From NCBI GenBank assembly GCA_000002445.1, contig CP000066.1:192001-256000 (forward strand): a stretch of DNA of 64,000 bases. The letters are read 5' to 3'. Source of the DNA: Trypanosoma brucei (taxonomy: Eukaryota). Below the pieces are notes generated by a model. It did no database searches, was not told the origin of the DNA, and was given only the letters and a program-made list of their open reading frames with translations. The position numbers were made by a program, and so were the translations under genes. Position 1 is the stretch's first letter. Each line of letters begins with the position of its first letter. Of this stretch, positions 9,896 to 20,944 are shown piece by piece.

Positions 9896-12195
9896 CGTCG
9901 AGCACCTTCTTACAAAAACGATTTTGTAAACAATAAAAAAGCAGGAAAAGTGTAACAACACAGAAGCAATCGCTATAGCAGAGAAAGTTCACTCATCACA
10001 CAACCACGCTGAATGAGGGGATCAATTACAACTTACAAACAAAAGATGGAATCCGAAACGACAGTCGTCAAAATGTCTTGCAACAAACCGTACAGTACGG
10101 TTATCATAGGACTTTCGTTAATGTAGTGGTGTGCAGACATGTTCGAAAACAAAGAAGTAACCGAGTGACAGGTGGACGATAAAACAAAAAGTACTTAACA
10201 TTCATATGTTTAATTTTTCAACGTACTAGACACCCGATCCTCCTTTTCCCTGACACGGAAATACGCCCCACCTCCAACTCCTACGCATAGCCGAGCAACA
10301 CAACTCATTACAATACGAGAACCGAAGATCAGACGTTAACACAACGTATAGGTAAACGCTGCATAAAAATTTAACCTCACAATTGCCTTCCACCATTGGG
10401 AAGATAGGGAAGATGAGAGGGTAAACTTGAGAAAAGAGAGAAAGTTTTCAGAACCATACAGCGAGGAGCACATTTAGAACAAGCTGCAGAAACAGAATTA
10501 TTATCATCAGCACGCGGAACAGTGGCTAGAATTCCCCTTTGTTCATTTCCAAATAAACTGTAATGACAAAAATGAACCACGTATATCACGTTTCCATTAG
10601 AAGTATCACGGTGTTGAATAGTCGACCGCAACACCAAAATAATAACGATATTGATAAGAAGTGTTATAAAATCGAGCAAAGGATAAAAGAACACCCCAAG
10701 TGATTCACTCAGGGACAATTCGCCAAAGCAGCCGCGCTGCAAACCAAAGCCCTTCGCCGGCACCTGATATTCATCCTATCATGTACCACACCTACCCCCA
10801 AAAAGGTAAAGAAGCAAACTCTAGTAAAGAAGCAGGCAGCTATCCACCAAAACAGATTAAAGCCAACCGCGGCAATCAATTCAACGAAGTGACGGCAAAA
10901 ATACCACCCTCAGGTTCCATAATGCGCTCACCCCAAAACCTGATAACACCTCAAATGTAATTTAACAATTGCCACAGCACAACAACAATGCTCTTTCAAC
11001 ATACGTTCCGAAGACTCCTCCCTTCGGTTTCAACTGACAGGCACTGAAGGACATTCACAACTCTGCTTGTGTTGTGCATATTATCGGCGAAAACATAATT
11101 GTTTACATCAACGCTAACAAGAAGAGAATATGAGAACAAAAGTCAGCCAATACAACACGGTTAATAAGAAGAACATAACATGTTATAGCTTCATTACGGC
11201 ATATCCCCTTACTAATCACTACAATAGCAGAGAGCTCGGTAGCTGTGACAGAGTGGAAACGAAAATGAAAAAGAAAATCAATTTGAAAACAAACAAAATT
11301 CCAAAGTGTGCCCCGACGAGGAATCGTATGAAACGCATCCGCCCCATGCTGAGGGGGATATCTCTCTTTGCACGAAAAAAGGTTAATACTGATCCGGTTT
11401 CGGAGAAGGACAACAAGGCATTTGTGTGGCACGTGACAGCAATATGGAAAAAAGAGAACGGATAACATCAAATACAAACGGTGTTCTGTTGTGAGCATTG
11501 ACAGCCCTCTTCAAAAGTTTTTGTTGCAGTGGACGGGCGACCGGTCCGCACATGAAGTGGCAAAACGTTGGAACACGATTACCTGGTCGTGATGCAGTGT
11601 TGTACTTCGTGACGGAACCGCAGCGGCTGGTTGCGCGACGGAAAATCTTCAATCTTGGAGGGAATGCGCCAAATCATTTTGCGTAAGGAACTCCATCCAA
11701 GGATCGCGGACATACAAGAAACCCCACACACCCCAGCTGTCACATGCCCCGCAAAATATTTGGGGAGGTGGAGCACTGTCGGGTCGCAAACTTTCGCATC
11801 GACCGGAGCGACCGCCGCCCGTTCGTTTACTCTTCAAGGAAACCGGAGCAGCATTTGCAGGGAAACGGGGTGATATTCAAACCCCTTTTACCCAGAGCGT
11901 AATAACAAGTTGGGCGGCTCGGGTAAAGCACGGAGGCACACCGATAGAAAAGACACCCTGCGACAAACAGTAGTGCATCAAAGCACAAGAGAATTAAAAT
12001 GTAAAACGGGATCCGAATAGCTCAAGCGAATGGGTTGCCGGCATGGCATGGCCGCCAACAGCTGGGGATACTCGAAATTGGAGACCACGCACCGACGGCT
12101 GCGGTCTCGAAACTTTACCGTCCTGGTGCTTTACGGGCCGTAGCCTCCTTTGGATGATTTCGGAACCACAAAGGAAACAAATTGCCCCAGTGGTC

Positions 12196-12208
12196 AAAAA
12201 AAAAAAAA
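12196..12208. repeat. A13 homopolymer inside the strand-switch region.
   Basis: Read directly from the sequence. Confidence 0.9.
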
Positions 12209-12654
12209 GTAGTACTTGACAAGCTGTGGAGCGCACTAGGGGAGCGACGGAGCTTCGCCTTCCCCCCGTATCAAAATGTTTGAAGGGAGGAAGCGGACAG
12301 GAGGGGTACAGGAATCGTAAGAGCCGTATGCCCCAACAGGTAGTAAGTGTTTTTGCAACAGTGTATTACGGAATGGGTTTTAATATAATTGCGGCTGGGG
12401 CGGTTGAATGTATACTCATTTTGCTGAGAGGAAAGCTTCACAGTGAGGTAGGTGTAGGGAGAAGGGCGTGCCAAAGGCAGCTGGTTATTGTAGAGCGCTT
12501 CTGGTAGCGGAGCTGGTTCCAGAGCCTATCTATTGCCAACGCCGCCTCAGGAAACCTGAGGAGTAAATAGCGTCTCCAAAAATGCAAAAAGGGGGAAATG
12601 TTTGCAAAACAGGAATGTGAGATGGCACACCAAGTGCCATGTACGGGGTCCTTC

Positions 12655-12680
12655 TTTTTTTTTTTTTGGGGGGGGGGGGG
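12655..12680. repeat. T13 followed by G13 (C13A13 on the minus strand), at the centre of the strand-switch region.
   Basis: Read directly from the sequence: cttc(t)13(g)13cagcgc. Confidence 0.9.
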
Positions 12681-13731
12681 CAGCGCTACTTTTCTGAACT
12701 GAAAGATCTACGGACACCGTGTGTGGCAATGTTAGGGTGCGGCGGCTCCCCGGTAAGGTTGACGCTCCCCAAAATGAGAGGCGTGGTTGCTGCTCCAGCT
12801 CCTAACATGGGGAAGAAGGAATTTGACATGTAAATTTCTGACCTACCGCAGTTTGTTGTATGCTTCAGGTGTGGGGAGTTAAGTAAGCACTGGTGCAAAC
12901 TTGTGCCTTACCGGTGTTGCTGCTGCATCGACGCTAGTAGTGGTAGTGGACTGTGGAGCATTCGAGCAACCGGGTGGGGGGTAGCGGTGGTAGGAGTTTT
13001 GTTTCTTCTGTGGTTCGGACCCGACGGTGTGTCGTTGCCTCGTTCAAATGTGTGGCGGGTTGTGGTTCATAATAGGAATATGCGGGCTGAGTGGGCGGCG
13101 GAACTGGATGCAGCGGTGGCCGCCGCATTGGCCGTGGTGCGTGCAGTTGTGGTAGTTCAGTGGGCTGTGTATCAGATTTGGTGTTTTAGTGGACAGGGTA
13201 TGTTGCGCCAGTGGTACCGGACGGTGGAGGCGTTTTTTTTTTGTCACTCTGCAATTGTTTTGCAGTACAGCTGGAAATGGCACTCTCGCATCTGCGCTTT
13301 TGTATTTTATTTCTGGACTTTTTTTGATGCATCAACTCTGCGCGAAGGGAGGTTTGTGGAATTGCGTTTTTTTGTGTGTGTATTCTTTCTTGCTTGTGCC
13401 ACTGTTTGCTTTATTGGGCTGATATAGAAAATACGAATATACGTAGTGTTGGTCGGTGCCGCATTGACCAACGTTCCTTTGATGATATTATCACTCTGCC
13501 GCTGCCTCCTGAAAGCGTGCTACCATGCAACTGTGCGATTGCTTTTATATTCAAGGGCGGAAAAGGCTTTAATGATAAAACAAATCAGTGATGCTGAGCA
13601 GCGTTGTTTTTAGAAGCGAGATGAAACATGGTGTATATGTGTAAGTGACTATGAGAAGGGAGAAGTTGGTGCGTACCAAATTTTATTATATTACTCTCAC
13701 TTCGACCCGATATATTTTGTCTATTTGTTTA

Positions 13732-13748
13732 ATATATATATATATATA
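13732..13748. repeat. (AT)n microsatellite.
   Basis: Read directly from the sequence. Confidence 0.9.
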
Positions 13749-14218
13749 ATGCTCTCACAGTTCGATACATTTGTCGCACCTCCTAAATGGTTTCTAAGAG
13801 GCGGTGCTTCCGAGGGGTCAAGGCTGATGTCGATTACCTAGCAGCTGGTGTTATTGATGGTGATTTCTTTGTATGTGTCGAGCACTTACTTAAAGCTGCG
13901 CCTCAGTTATCAACTTCAGTAAATAAATGTTATAAAGCAGTGATCATTTTAAAGGTGCTCCTGTCTTTGGTGGACGAAATTTGTGTGGGTTTTATTTTGG
14001 GAGTTGCAAGTTGGGTATATGTGGTTATTTCGTGTCATATTTTTTTTTTAAAACTTAAGGAATAGTTAGTTTTTTTGTTTCCCTTTCGTCTCGTGGTTTC
14101 GATACGTCGCAGTACATATCTCTACTCCTTTTATCATCTTTTGTTTCTCCTAAGAATTAAGAAAGAACCTTTTTTCACTGCGTGTGTGTTCACATTTCCC
14201 CTCTAAGAAGCACAAGAC

Positions 14219-15517
14219 ATGCAAACTCCGCTACGTCCAACAATTTTCCCGGAGGGCATAGAAGGGTCTCAGACCGCGGATTCCAGTATAAAGGTAGCAT
14301 GCGGCCGCGATTCAAGCGGTAGAGCAAGCGGATCACCCCCTGATCGTGAGCGCCGGCTTCATCAACGGGAGAAGCAATTGTCTTTTGGGTATGCGACCGA
14401 AGGGTACAACAATATGATTAAGTTGGTGGAGCACGATCCCTTATTAAAAAGTGGTGGAATTATCCCCCTCTCACCCCCTGACGTCAACAAGGGAAGTAAA
14501 AGAGTTTGGGATGTTTCGTTACGGAAGTGGCGTCGGGCGCTGCATATGTTTGATTGCGTATTTATTGAGGGGGAGGATGAAAACAAGAAGACACTTGAGA
14601 GTGTAATAGAAGATCAACGATTGCAGTGGGTGAGTACCGCATATTCCGGCAGGCGGAAAGAAGATCGCGTAAAGGTTTCTGCCAGTACGATCACAAATGC
14701 TCAGAATTCTCCTCACGTTTGCAAGAAGCTGCATGTTGAGGAGTGCCTGAAAGTAATTCTTCGTGAGGAAAGTTGCTATGAACCTGTTGGCAACGTCGTT
14801 CCAGTATCTGCTTCATCATTACTTAAAGGTGCTGATATATCCCCTGCAGATGCAGGCATCAAGATTTTTGTCGCGCCGTCTCCACAGAATCAGTGCAAAC
14901 AAACTCCTGTTCGATCCGGTGCAGTTTGTTCGCGTGTGGCTCCTCGGTGTCTCAATTTTGACTCATCTACGCCTATGCAGAGTAAAGTGCCCCTGAATGG
15001 TGTACAGGAAGTTAAACACCTTCAAAGTTGTGTTCCGCCGCAGCCGAAAGAAAATAAAAACATATGGGTAACGCCAACGATGTGGGTGGACGATGGCGCG
15101 CGCACTTCACCTTTTACATCAATTTACCAACCACCAGTGTTGGAGCAAGTGAGTGAGGTTCAGCAAACTCCTCTAAACTGGAATCTTTTTATTCCTCCTC
15201 AGACATATGTGTGTACGCCCCAACCAGCAACTGCACCGGGAATCGTTTTCGACAAATTTACTCCGAACACTGCTCCGAGGCGGCTTACGATCCTCAGGGA
15301 TAGTAATACAAAGTCACGAGGTGGCGAAGTGGACGTGCTGAAGAGAAATCTTTTCCCTAACAGTGTAATGTCACCATCCCACACTGATTCACTGGAAAAG
15401 GTATTTCACCCCAACACACCGTTAACCCGTTCGTGTGTACGTGGCGAAGTGCCTGAAATAGAAGCAAACAAACCAACGGGTGCTGATTGTGCCCAACAGA
15501 TATTATTCACAGAGTAA
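14219..15517 (+). CDS. SLBP: Histone mRNA stem-loop-binding protein (SLBP)-like RNA-binding protein.
   Basis: The 432-aa ORF with an ATG start carries an N-terminal SLBP RNA-binding domain. RERRLHQREKQLSFGYATEGYNNMIKLV matches RRQKQINYGKNTIAYDRYI. KGSKRVWDVSLRKWRRALHMFD matches [22 protein letters not shown] of metazoan SLBP. It is the first gene of the plus-strand unit. Confidence 0.8.
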   Translation: MQTPLRPTIFPEGIEGSQTADSSIKVACGRDSSGRASGSPPDRERRLHQREKQLSFGYATEGYNNMIKLVEHDPLLKSGGIIPLSPPDVNKGSKRVWDVSLRKWRRALHMFDCVFIEGEDENKKTLESVIEDQRLQWVSTAYSGRRKEDRVKVSASTITNAQNSPHVCKKLHVEECLKVILREESCYEPVGNVVPVSASSLLKGADISPADAGIKIFVAPSPQNQCKQTPVRSGAVCSRVAPRCLNFDSSTPMQSKVPLNGVQEVKHLQSCVPPQPKENKNIWVTPTMWVDDGARTSPFTSIYQPPVLEQVSEVQQTPLNWNLFIPPQTYVCTPQPATAPGIVFDKFTPNTAPRRLTILRDSNTKSRGGEVDVLKRNLFPNSVMSPSHTDSLEKVFHPNTPLTRSCVRGEVPEIEANKPTGADCAQQILFTE

Positions 15518-15828
15518 TATCGGATATAGAAAAAAAAAGAAATGATATTCCTGGAACGCAGGATCCACATATTTTTTCTTTTCGGTTTAAAGGAAAAAAA
15601 ACATAGATCTCCTTTGTCTTTGGTTTAGGTGGGGGAGAAAGAAGATGATTCATAATTACTTCTTTAATTAGGATAGTTTCCTGAAGTCGCATTGGTTGCT
15701 AAATGTGTGCGTTAATAAGTATGATGAAACAAACTGTATATATTTTGGTTACTAGTTTTATCTTGGACAGTTCATGATTTTTTTGTTTTCCTGCCTCCCA
15801 AAGAGTGCTGAAGGACAATCGTTAAAAA

Positions 15829-16563
15829 ATGTTAGGGTTGACAATCAGTCGGTTTGATGAACTCCAGTCTGCGGTTTCGAACGGTGATGTTGTGGCTGTT
15901 GGAAGGTTGCTAACGTCGTACAATGTAAATATGGCGGATAACGAGAGGCGGATGACGTTACTAATGTGGGCGGTGTGCTTTCAACAACACGAGGTAGCAG
16001 AGATGTTAATTCGGCTTGGTGCGTCACTTTATCCTCGGGATATGTTCTCCTATAATGTTATTCACCACGCAGCGTGGCAAGGGGATGTAAGGATGATGAA
16101 GATTTTACTTTGTTCTATGAGCACTTCTTCTTCAAGTGAGGATGAAACTTCCGAGTCCACATCATCGCGAACTGACACATTTCGCTTTAGACCAGGGGTA
16201 CGATCGTTGGTTGACCTACCGCATCCTTACAACGGAAGAACACCGCTAATGTTTGCTGCCCTTAAGGGGAACGTAGAGATGGTAAATTTTCTTATTACGC
16301 AAGCTGGTGCCGCCATTGGTGCAAAAGACCTTGAAGGGAATTCGGTCATGGATATAGCTGCTCGCATTGGACAAAAGGCTGTTGTGACTCTACTACTTTC
16401 GAAGTGCAATGACGACGAGGATATGTGTTTCAACAAGGCTAGACGAAGTGCTGAGGATAACTGTGAAAATGCGTCGACTTTACAACAGTTGAATGAGTTT
16501 AATGACCTTAAAACCACCCTATGCCAGGATTGGCTTCCTCAATCGTTGGTTTCTTTATCATGA
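15829..16563 (+). CDS. Ankyrin-repeat protein.
   Basis: The 244-aa ORF has repeated ankyrin consensus: TLLMWAVCFQQHEVAEMLIRLGAS, NVIHHAAWQGDVRMMKILL, GRTPLMFAALKGNVEMVNFLI and GNSVMDIAARIGQKAVVTLLL. Confidence 0.8.
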   Translation: MLGLTISRFDELQSAVSNGDVVAVGRLLTSYNVNMADNERRMTLLMWAVCFQQHEVAEMLIRLGASLYPRDMFSYNVIHHAAWQGDVRMMKILLCSMSTSSSSEDETSESTSSRTDTFRFRPGVRSLVDLPHPYNGRTPLMFAALKGNVEMVNFLITQAGAAIGAKDLEGNSVMDIAARIGQKAVVTLLLSKCNDDEDMCFNKARRSAEDNCENASTLQQLNEFNDLKTTLCQDWLPQSLVSLS

Positions 16564-16790
16564 TACCTATATACATAAACTTTTGTTTTTATGTGTCGAA
16601 GAGAAATTAGCGGAACACAAATACAGTGTTAGAGTCCTCATGGTGATAGATCCCTGTTGCTGTGCGTTTCCTGATTGTTGCCGAAACTGTATGTACATAT
16701 TTTTTTTTTTGAAAAAAGCAAGTCTTTACAGTGCTTTTCTCCTTCCCGATGCTTGGTATTTTCAGTATGTACGGGTATTTAAAGTTGTAG

Positions 16791-17708
16791 ATGAGCGATG
16801 ATGGAGAGGAAAATAATAGGGGTAAGCGTGAAAACGTTAGTTTTCCACATGCCCAATCAAATGTGGTTTCTAATTTGGATGGCAACACCCTGCTCAACGA
16901 TTCCTTGGTTCAGCAGAGTTGTTCGCCCACTGAGAGTAAGGAGGATGTGAAAACTGAGTACGATAGTTTTGTGGATGCCCCCGTGATTCCTCTGACAGAA
17001 AAGTTTGACGATAACTATTCCCAACCGGTTAGTACAGTAAACCCGCGTGATGATAGTATAAAGTGTGAAATGGATGTGTTGCCTGCGTCTTCCCTCACCT
17101 CTGTTTGTAACAGGAAGGTGATACACGGTGAAAAAGTCGATAACGATCGAGTCAAAATAGTGCGAGACTGGCTTTTAATGCCAGTTTTATCCCAAGATTC
17201 CGACTTCGAAGGCGATGGTGACGATTTTATTGATACTCTTTTACATATTGCTGAGGACAAGATGTACCTTTATGGCTTCTACGAACGTTTGGGGCAAACC
17301 GAGTTAGTAACGACTAGGCGGATAAATAATAGAAAACGTTCTAGGGGATCCAACGGCATTTCTCACGCTACGGGGAACCAAGGCGCTCAAGCACCCGTCA
17401 TGGCAACATCACCCCCGCAAGTTTTGCCTTTCTCTTTCGTCAATTGGTTGCCAAACAGTGGCAAAGGGCGTTGTGATCCCGAAAGAGTGCATCAACAAAC
17501 CATCTCATCGGACGCTATTTTGTGTTCTGGGGAGAAGTACACGCTCTGTAGGTACGCGCTAAGCAGTGGGAAATTGCGAAAGGAATGTGCTGATCCTTAT
17601 CAGTTTCTTACTGCGAAGTTGCAAGAGATACGACATTGCATGGAAGAGGAGTTGATGGGCGATGCTAAAAATTCCAATGAGAAAAAAACAGGGGTCACCG
17701 ACTATTGA
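16791..17708 (+). CDS. Hypothetical acidic 305-aa protein.
   Basis: Long ORF with an ATG start, in head-to-tail position within the unit. No domain recognised. Confidence 0.5.
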   Translation: MSDDGEENNRGKRENVSFPHAQSNVVSNLDGNTLLNDSLVQQSCSPTESKEDVKTEYDSFVDAPVIPLTEKFDDNYSQPVSTVNPRDDSIKCEMDVLPASSLTSVCNRKVIHGEKVDNDRVKIVRDWLLMPVLSQDSDFEGDGDDFIDTLLHIAEDKMYLYGFYERLGQTELVTTRRINNRKRSRGSNGISHATGNQGAQAPVMATSPPQVLPFSFVNWLPNSGKGRCDPERVHQQTISSDAILCSGEKYTLCRYALSSGKLRKECADPYQFLTAKLQEIRHCMEEELMGDAKNSNEKKTGVTDY

Positions 17709-17897
17709 GGGACGCTACCAGCCTTTGGTGAGTAAAATCCGTATTAATGCAACTTTCATCACCCTGCAATATTATTTCATTAGGTTTATCATCAATGTGT
17801 GAGTTATGCCATTACCACTTCCATTCTTGTCTTTGGACCGGTTCTGTTTTGCTGGAGGGGGCTCTCGCTTGAGTTACAGACGGGAGGACACTGAACT

Positions 17898-18968
17898 ATG
17901 AAAACCTTACACCTGTTGCTTGGACTCATGCATTGCGACGCTCCGCTTAATCACCGCGTAAAAGGCCTCACTATACTCAAAAGAATGCTTAGTAATGTTG
18001 TCAACTACCCCACGGAGTGCAAGTACAGGAGTATCAATATCGCATCTTCGACGTGGATAAATTCTATTACTCCAGCATTTCATGTATTTCAGTTGATTGA
18101 ATGGCTTTTGGGATTGGGATTTGAGCAGTCCGTCGGCGACTCTTTCCTCATTTTTAAAGGATCTTCCCTTGATTGTATGGCTAACGCATGCCGTGATGTT
18201 TCACTATTGCTTTATGCTTGTGAGGTTGATGCACCAAGCAACACTAGTGGGAGTAAACGGTGTGTGGATGATTTAGTGCCACTTCTTCGGGTTGTGTCCG
18301 GTCACAATGATCAGTGCGGATCAAATACCGTTGACACGTCCCAAGCGATTTATACTGCTCTTCAACCAAGCGTCTCTGACGAAACATGGAAAGTGTTGAA
18401 GAACCGCTTACGTTTGATCGTCTTGGAGTGCGAGTGTGAGCGCCAGAATCAACCTCGTCTCAAAGAAAAACTTTGTCCACCAACCCTGGCAGCGCGTAAC
18501 TTGGAGGCATGGACCTCATTGTGCGAGTTAGTGCGCTTCATCAACCTTCGGCATCTGGAAGAAGGTTTAGCTGCGGTGAACATGGAGAGGTTTGAGAGCC
18601 GTGGGGTGCGTAAGGTGGATACCCGAGGCGGAGAAAAGGGTAATATAAACAATCTAAGTAATCTTGTTGCGGCAAGGCAAAAAGACAAGTTGAGTCTCCA
18701 GAACAGCGGACGTGCAAGTATTGACCAGGAAGTGCAAGCCGTAGGCACTCGGTTAATAGTAGACATAGCTTCCTGTATAGAGCAAATATCTGTCCTTGAG
18801 GGAGATCAGGGGTTAGTGCGGAAGGATCGGCTTGAAGCCAAGAGACTCCTCGAAAAATTCGGTGAAGATGGCGATGTGAGGTATTTACACTTGCTGAGGG
18901 AAGAGTGGTCGCAACGGCTTGAAGAAAAGAAAAAAATTCAAGGGAATAGCTTTGTTTATTTTAAGTGA
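17898..18968 (+). CDS. PUB (PNGase/UBA-UBX) domain-containing protein.
   Basis: The 356-aa ORF has N-terminal LTILKRMLSNVVNYPTECKYRSINIASSTW, which resembles the p97/VCP-binding PUB/PUG domain consensus (ILxNIxxxPxexKYRxIrxxN). The C-terminal part is coiled-coil-like. Confidence 0.55.
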   Translation: MKTLHLLLGLMHCDAPLNHRVKGLTILKRMLSNVVNYPTECKYRSINIASSTWINSITPAFHVFQLIEWLLGLGFEQSVGDSFLIFKGSSLDCMANACRDVSLLLYACEVDAPSNTSGSKRCVDDLVPLLRVVSGHNDQCGSNTVDTSQAIYTALQPSVSDETWKVLKNRLRLIVLECECERQNQPRLKEKLCPPTLAARNLEAWTSLCELVRFINLRHLEEGLAAVNMERFESRGVRKVDTRGGEKGNINNLSNLVAARQKDKLSLQNSGRASIDQEVQAVGTRLIVDIASCIEQISVLEGDQGLVRKDRLEAKRLLEKFGEDGDVRYLHLLREEWSQRLEEKKKIQGNSFVYFK

Positions 18969-19081
18969 CCCCCGCCTTGCCACACTTATTCACTTAATTC
19001 TGTTGTAAACACTGCAGATGTTTTTAAAAAAGTTGTATTTCATTTTCTTGCATCATTGTTTGTTTGCTGATGCTTTATCAC

Positions 19082-19130
19082 GTTTTTTTTTTTACTGGAT
19101 ATCTTCTTTACTTTTGTTTTTGTTCTTTTT
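19082..19130 (+). promoter_or_regulatory. Polypyrimidine tract upstream of gamma-tubulin. It is a candidate trans-splicing and polyadenylation signal, with AG dinucleotides at 19149 and 19157.
   Basis: A run of about 50 nt of T/C immediately 5' of the CDS, as expected for kinetoplastid splice-acceptor regions. Confidence 0.45.
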
Positions 19131-19339
19131 AACCTGTGGGGTGCTGTTAGGAACGCCAGAGTACTTGCCAGGAGGCGAAAGGCAGGTTGTTTCTACCATA
19201 AGAAAAGAGGGGGATTAGGATTCTAGCGGAGCATCCGCTGTTGTGGAGTGAACTAAAGTCGTAACTTTGTTGCGGCATTATCGCGGGAAGGAGGGAACAT
19301 CGAATTCGAAGGAGAATCGGTGGGCAAAAAAGAGGAAGT

Positions 19340-20683
19340 ATGCCACGGGAAATCATCACACTGCAGGTTGGTCAGTGCGGCAACCAAGTTGGATCTGAAT
19401 TTTGGAGGCAACTTTGCGCAGAGCATGGTATCCGTCACGATGGTGTAGTAGAATCGTTTGCTAGTGGCGGGGATGACCGCAAAGATGTTTTTTTCTACCA
19501 GGCTGACGACGACCACTACATTCCCCGGGCGTTGTTAGTTGATTTGGAGCCGCGAGTCATCAACGCTATTCAACGTGGCAGCATGCAAAGGCTTTTTAAC
19601 CCTGAAAATGTGTACATTCATTCCGAAGGTGGTGGAGCAGGCAACAACTGGGCACACGGCTACGAGATGGGGGACACAGTCCAGGAAACGCTGTTTGATA
19701 TGATAGAGCGAGAGGCGGAGAACAGCGACAGTCTGGAGGGGTTCGTGCTTACGCACAGTATCGCTGGAGGAACGGGAAGTGGAATGGGGAGCTACCTTCT
19801 CGAGAATCTGAATGATCGCTTTCCAAAGAAACTTATTCAAACTTATAGCGTCTTCCCCAATCAGTCCCGTGGTGGTGACAGTGACGTCATTGTGCAACCC
19901 TATAACAGTCTTTTGGCTATTAAGCGCTTGACGCTGCACGCAGATTGCGTTGTTGTACTGGACAACACGGCGTTGAACCGCATTGCCACAGACAACCTTC
20001 ACATATCTTCACCAACTGTCGAACAAATGAATGGTCTTGTGAGCACCGTCATGGCAGCCTCAACAGCGACGCTGCGTTATCCGGGGTACATGAATAACGA
20101 CCTCATGAGCATGCTCGCGTCGTTGATCCCTACGCCACGATGTCATTTTGTCTGTACAGGTTACACACCCACGACACTTGATACATCAAATATACAGTCT
20201 TCTGTGCAGAAAACTTCAGTTCACGATGTGATGCGGCGGCTTCTGATGCCAAAAAACATGATGGTTTCAACGTCCATGAAGAGTGGTTGTTATATTTCCT
20301 TGCTGAACCTTATTCAAGGTGATGTGGACCCCGCACAGGTGCATCGGTCACTTGAACGTATTCGGGAGCGCTCACCGAACTTTATCCCGTGGGGCCCTGC
20401 ATCCATTCAAGTTATATTGTCCAAGAAATCACCGTATTTGGACACAAGGCACCGTGTAAGTGGGCTCGTAATGGCCAACCACACAAGCATCAGCTCCCTC
20501 TTTCAGCGAACACTCAAACAGTTTGACCTACTGTTCAACCGTGGTGTTTTCCTTGAGCAATATAAAAGATATGGCCCCATTAAGGACAACTTGGATGAGT
20601 TCAAACATTCTAGGGATGTGGTGGAGAGCTTAGTTTCTGAGTACAAGGCATGTGAGAGCTCCGATTATATACGAAACTTTTGA
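19340..20683 (+). CDS. TUBG: Gamma-tubulin.
   Basis: The 447-aa ORF starts [31 protein letters not shown]. It has the tubulin GTP-binding GGTGSGMGS motif. Gamma-tubulin identity extends over its full length. Confidence 0.95.
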   Translation: MPREIITLQVGQCGNQVGSEFWRQLCAEHGIRHDGVVESFASGGDDRKDVFFYQADDDHYIPRALLVDLEPRVINAIQRGSMQRLFNPENVYIHSEGGGAGNNWAHGYEMGDTVQETLFDMIEREAENSDSLEGFVLTHSIAGGTGSGMGSYLLENLNDRFPKKLIQTYSVFPNQSRGGDSDVIVQPYNSLLAIKRLTLHADCVVVLDNTALNRIATDNLHISSPTVEQMNGLVSTVMAASTATLRYPGYMNNDLMSMLASLIPTPRCHFVCTGYTPTTLDTSNIQSSVQKTSVHDVMRRLLMPKNMMVSTSMKSGCYISLLNLIQGDVDPAQVHRSLERIRERSPNFIPWGPASIQVILSKKSPYLDTRHRVSGLVMANHTSISSLFQRTLKQFDLLFNRGVFLEQYKRYGPIKDNLDEFKHSRDVVESLVSEYKACESSDYIRNF

Positions 20684-20944
20684 TGGGAGGTAGAGAAACA
20701 CAACACGTGGGACCTCAGGGAAATTTTATGTCTGTGTCAAATTTTCCTATGCATGAACACATAGAATAACCACTAACTTAAGGATTACCGTCGTTTTGTT
20801 GGGAAAAGGACCTTGTATAATCCTCAGTTCTATTGTCCTTTTTCCCCCCAGTGAGCTGTGTATCCCCCGGGTGTAGCGACTTTGAGGGTAGGCGCAGAGC
20901 AGCGCGGTGGAGGGGAACGTGAGTGACATTTCTCTCTTTGTAAG

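Larger units (their letters stand above)
9962..14218. promoter_or_regulatory. Divergent strand-switch region between the two polycistronic units. It is a candidate bidirectional RNA Pol II transcription-start region.
   Basis: Genes left of about 9.96 kb are all on the minus strand and genes right of 14.2 kb are all on the plus strand. The 4.2-kb gap holds only short, compositionally biased ORFs. The plus strand is AC-rich over about 10.0–11.5 kb and GT-rich over about 12.7–13.5 kb, so the sense strand is GT-rich on both sides. T13G13 and A13 tracts lie at the switch point. Confidence 0.6.

Noticed and set aside
10377-11498. ORFs of 110–130 codons on both strands (10377..10763 -, 11103..11498 -, 11130..11465 +) in the strand-switch region.
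   Set aside because: They overlap one another in different frames, have low-complexity or hydrophobic translations and no recognisable similarity. The region is A/C-rich on the plus strand, which suppresses stops. They are likely non-coding.
12903-13427. A 174-aa plus-strand ORF, with overlapping 60–80-aa ORFs on both strands, inside the strand-switch region.
   Set aside because: It starts with GTG. Its translation is Val/Gly/Trp/Cys/Ala-rich as expected from GT-rich DNA, with many Cys and Trp and no domain. It lies in the compositionally skewed promoter-like zone. It was treated as composition-driven, not coding.
9962-14218. A tRNA or snRNA gene in the strand-switch region, as often found at trypanosome SSRs.
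   Set aside because: Scanning by eye for T-loop consensus (GGTTCGAATCC or GTTCRANYC) and acceptor-stem symmetry found nothing convincing here or in other intergenic regions. This was a manual scan only. A tRNAscan-SE or Infernal run would be decisive.
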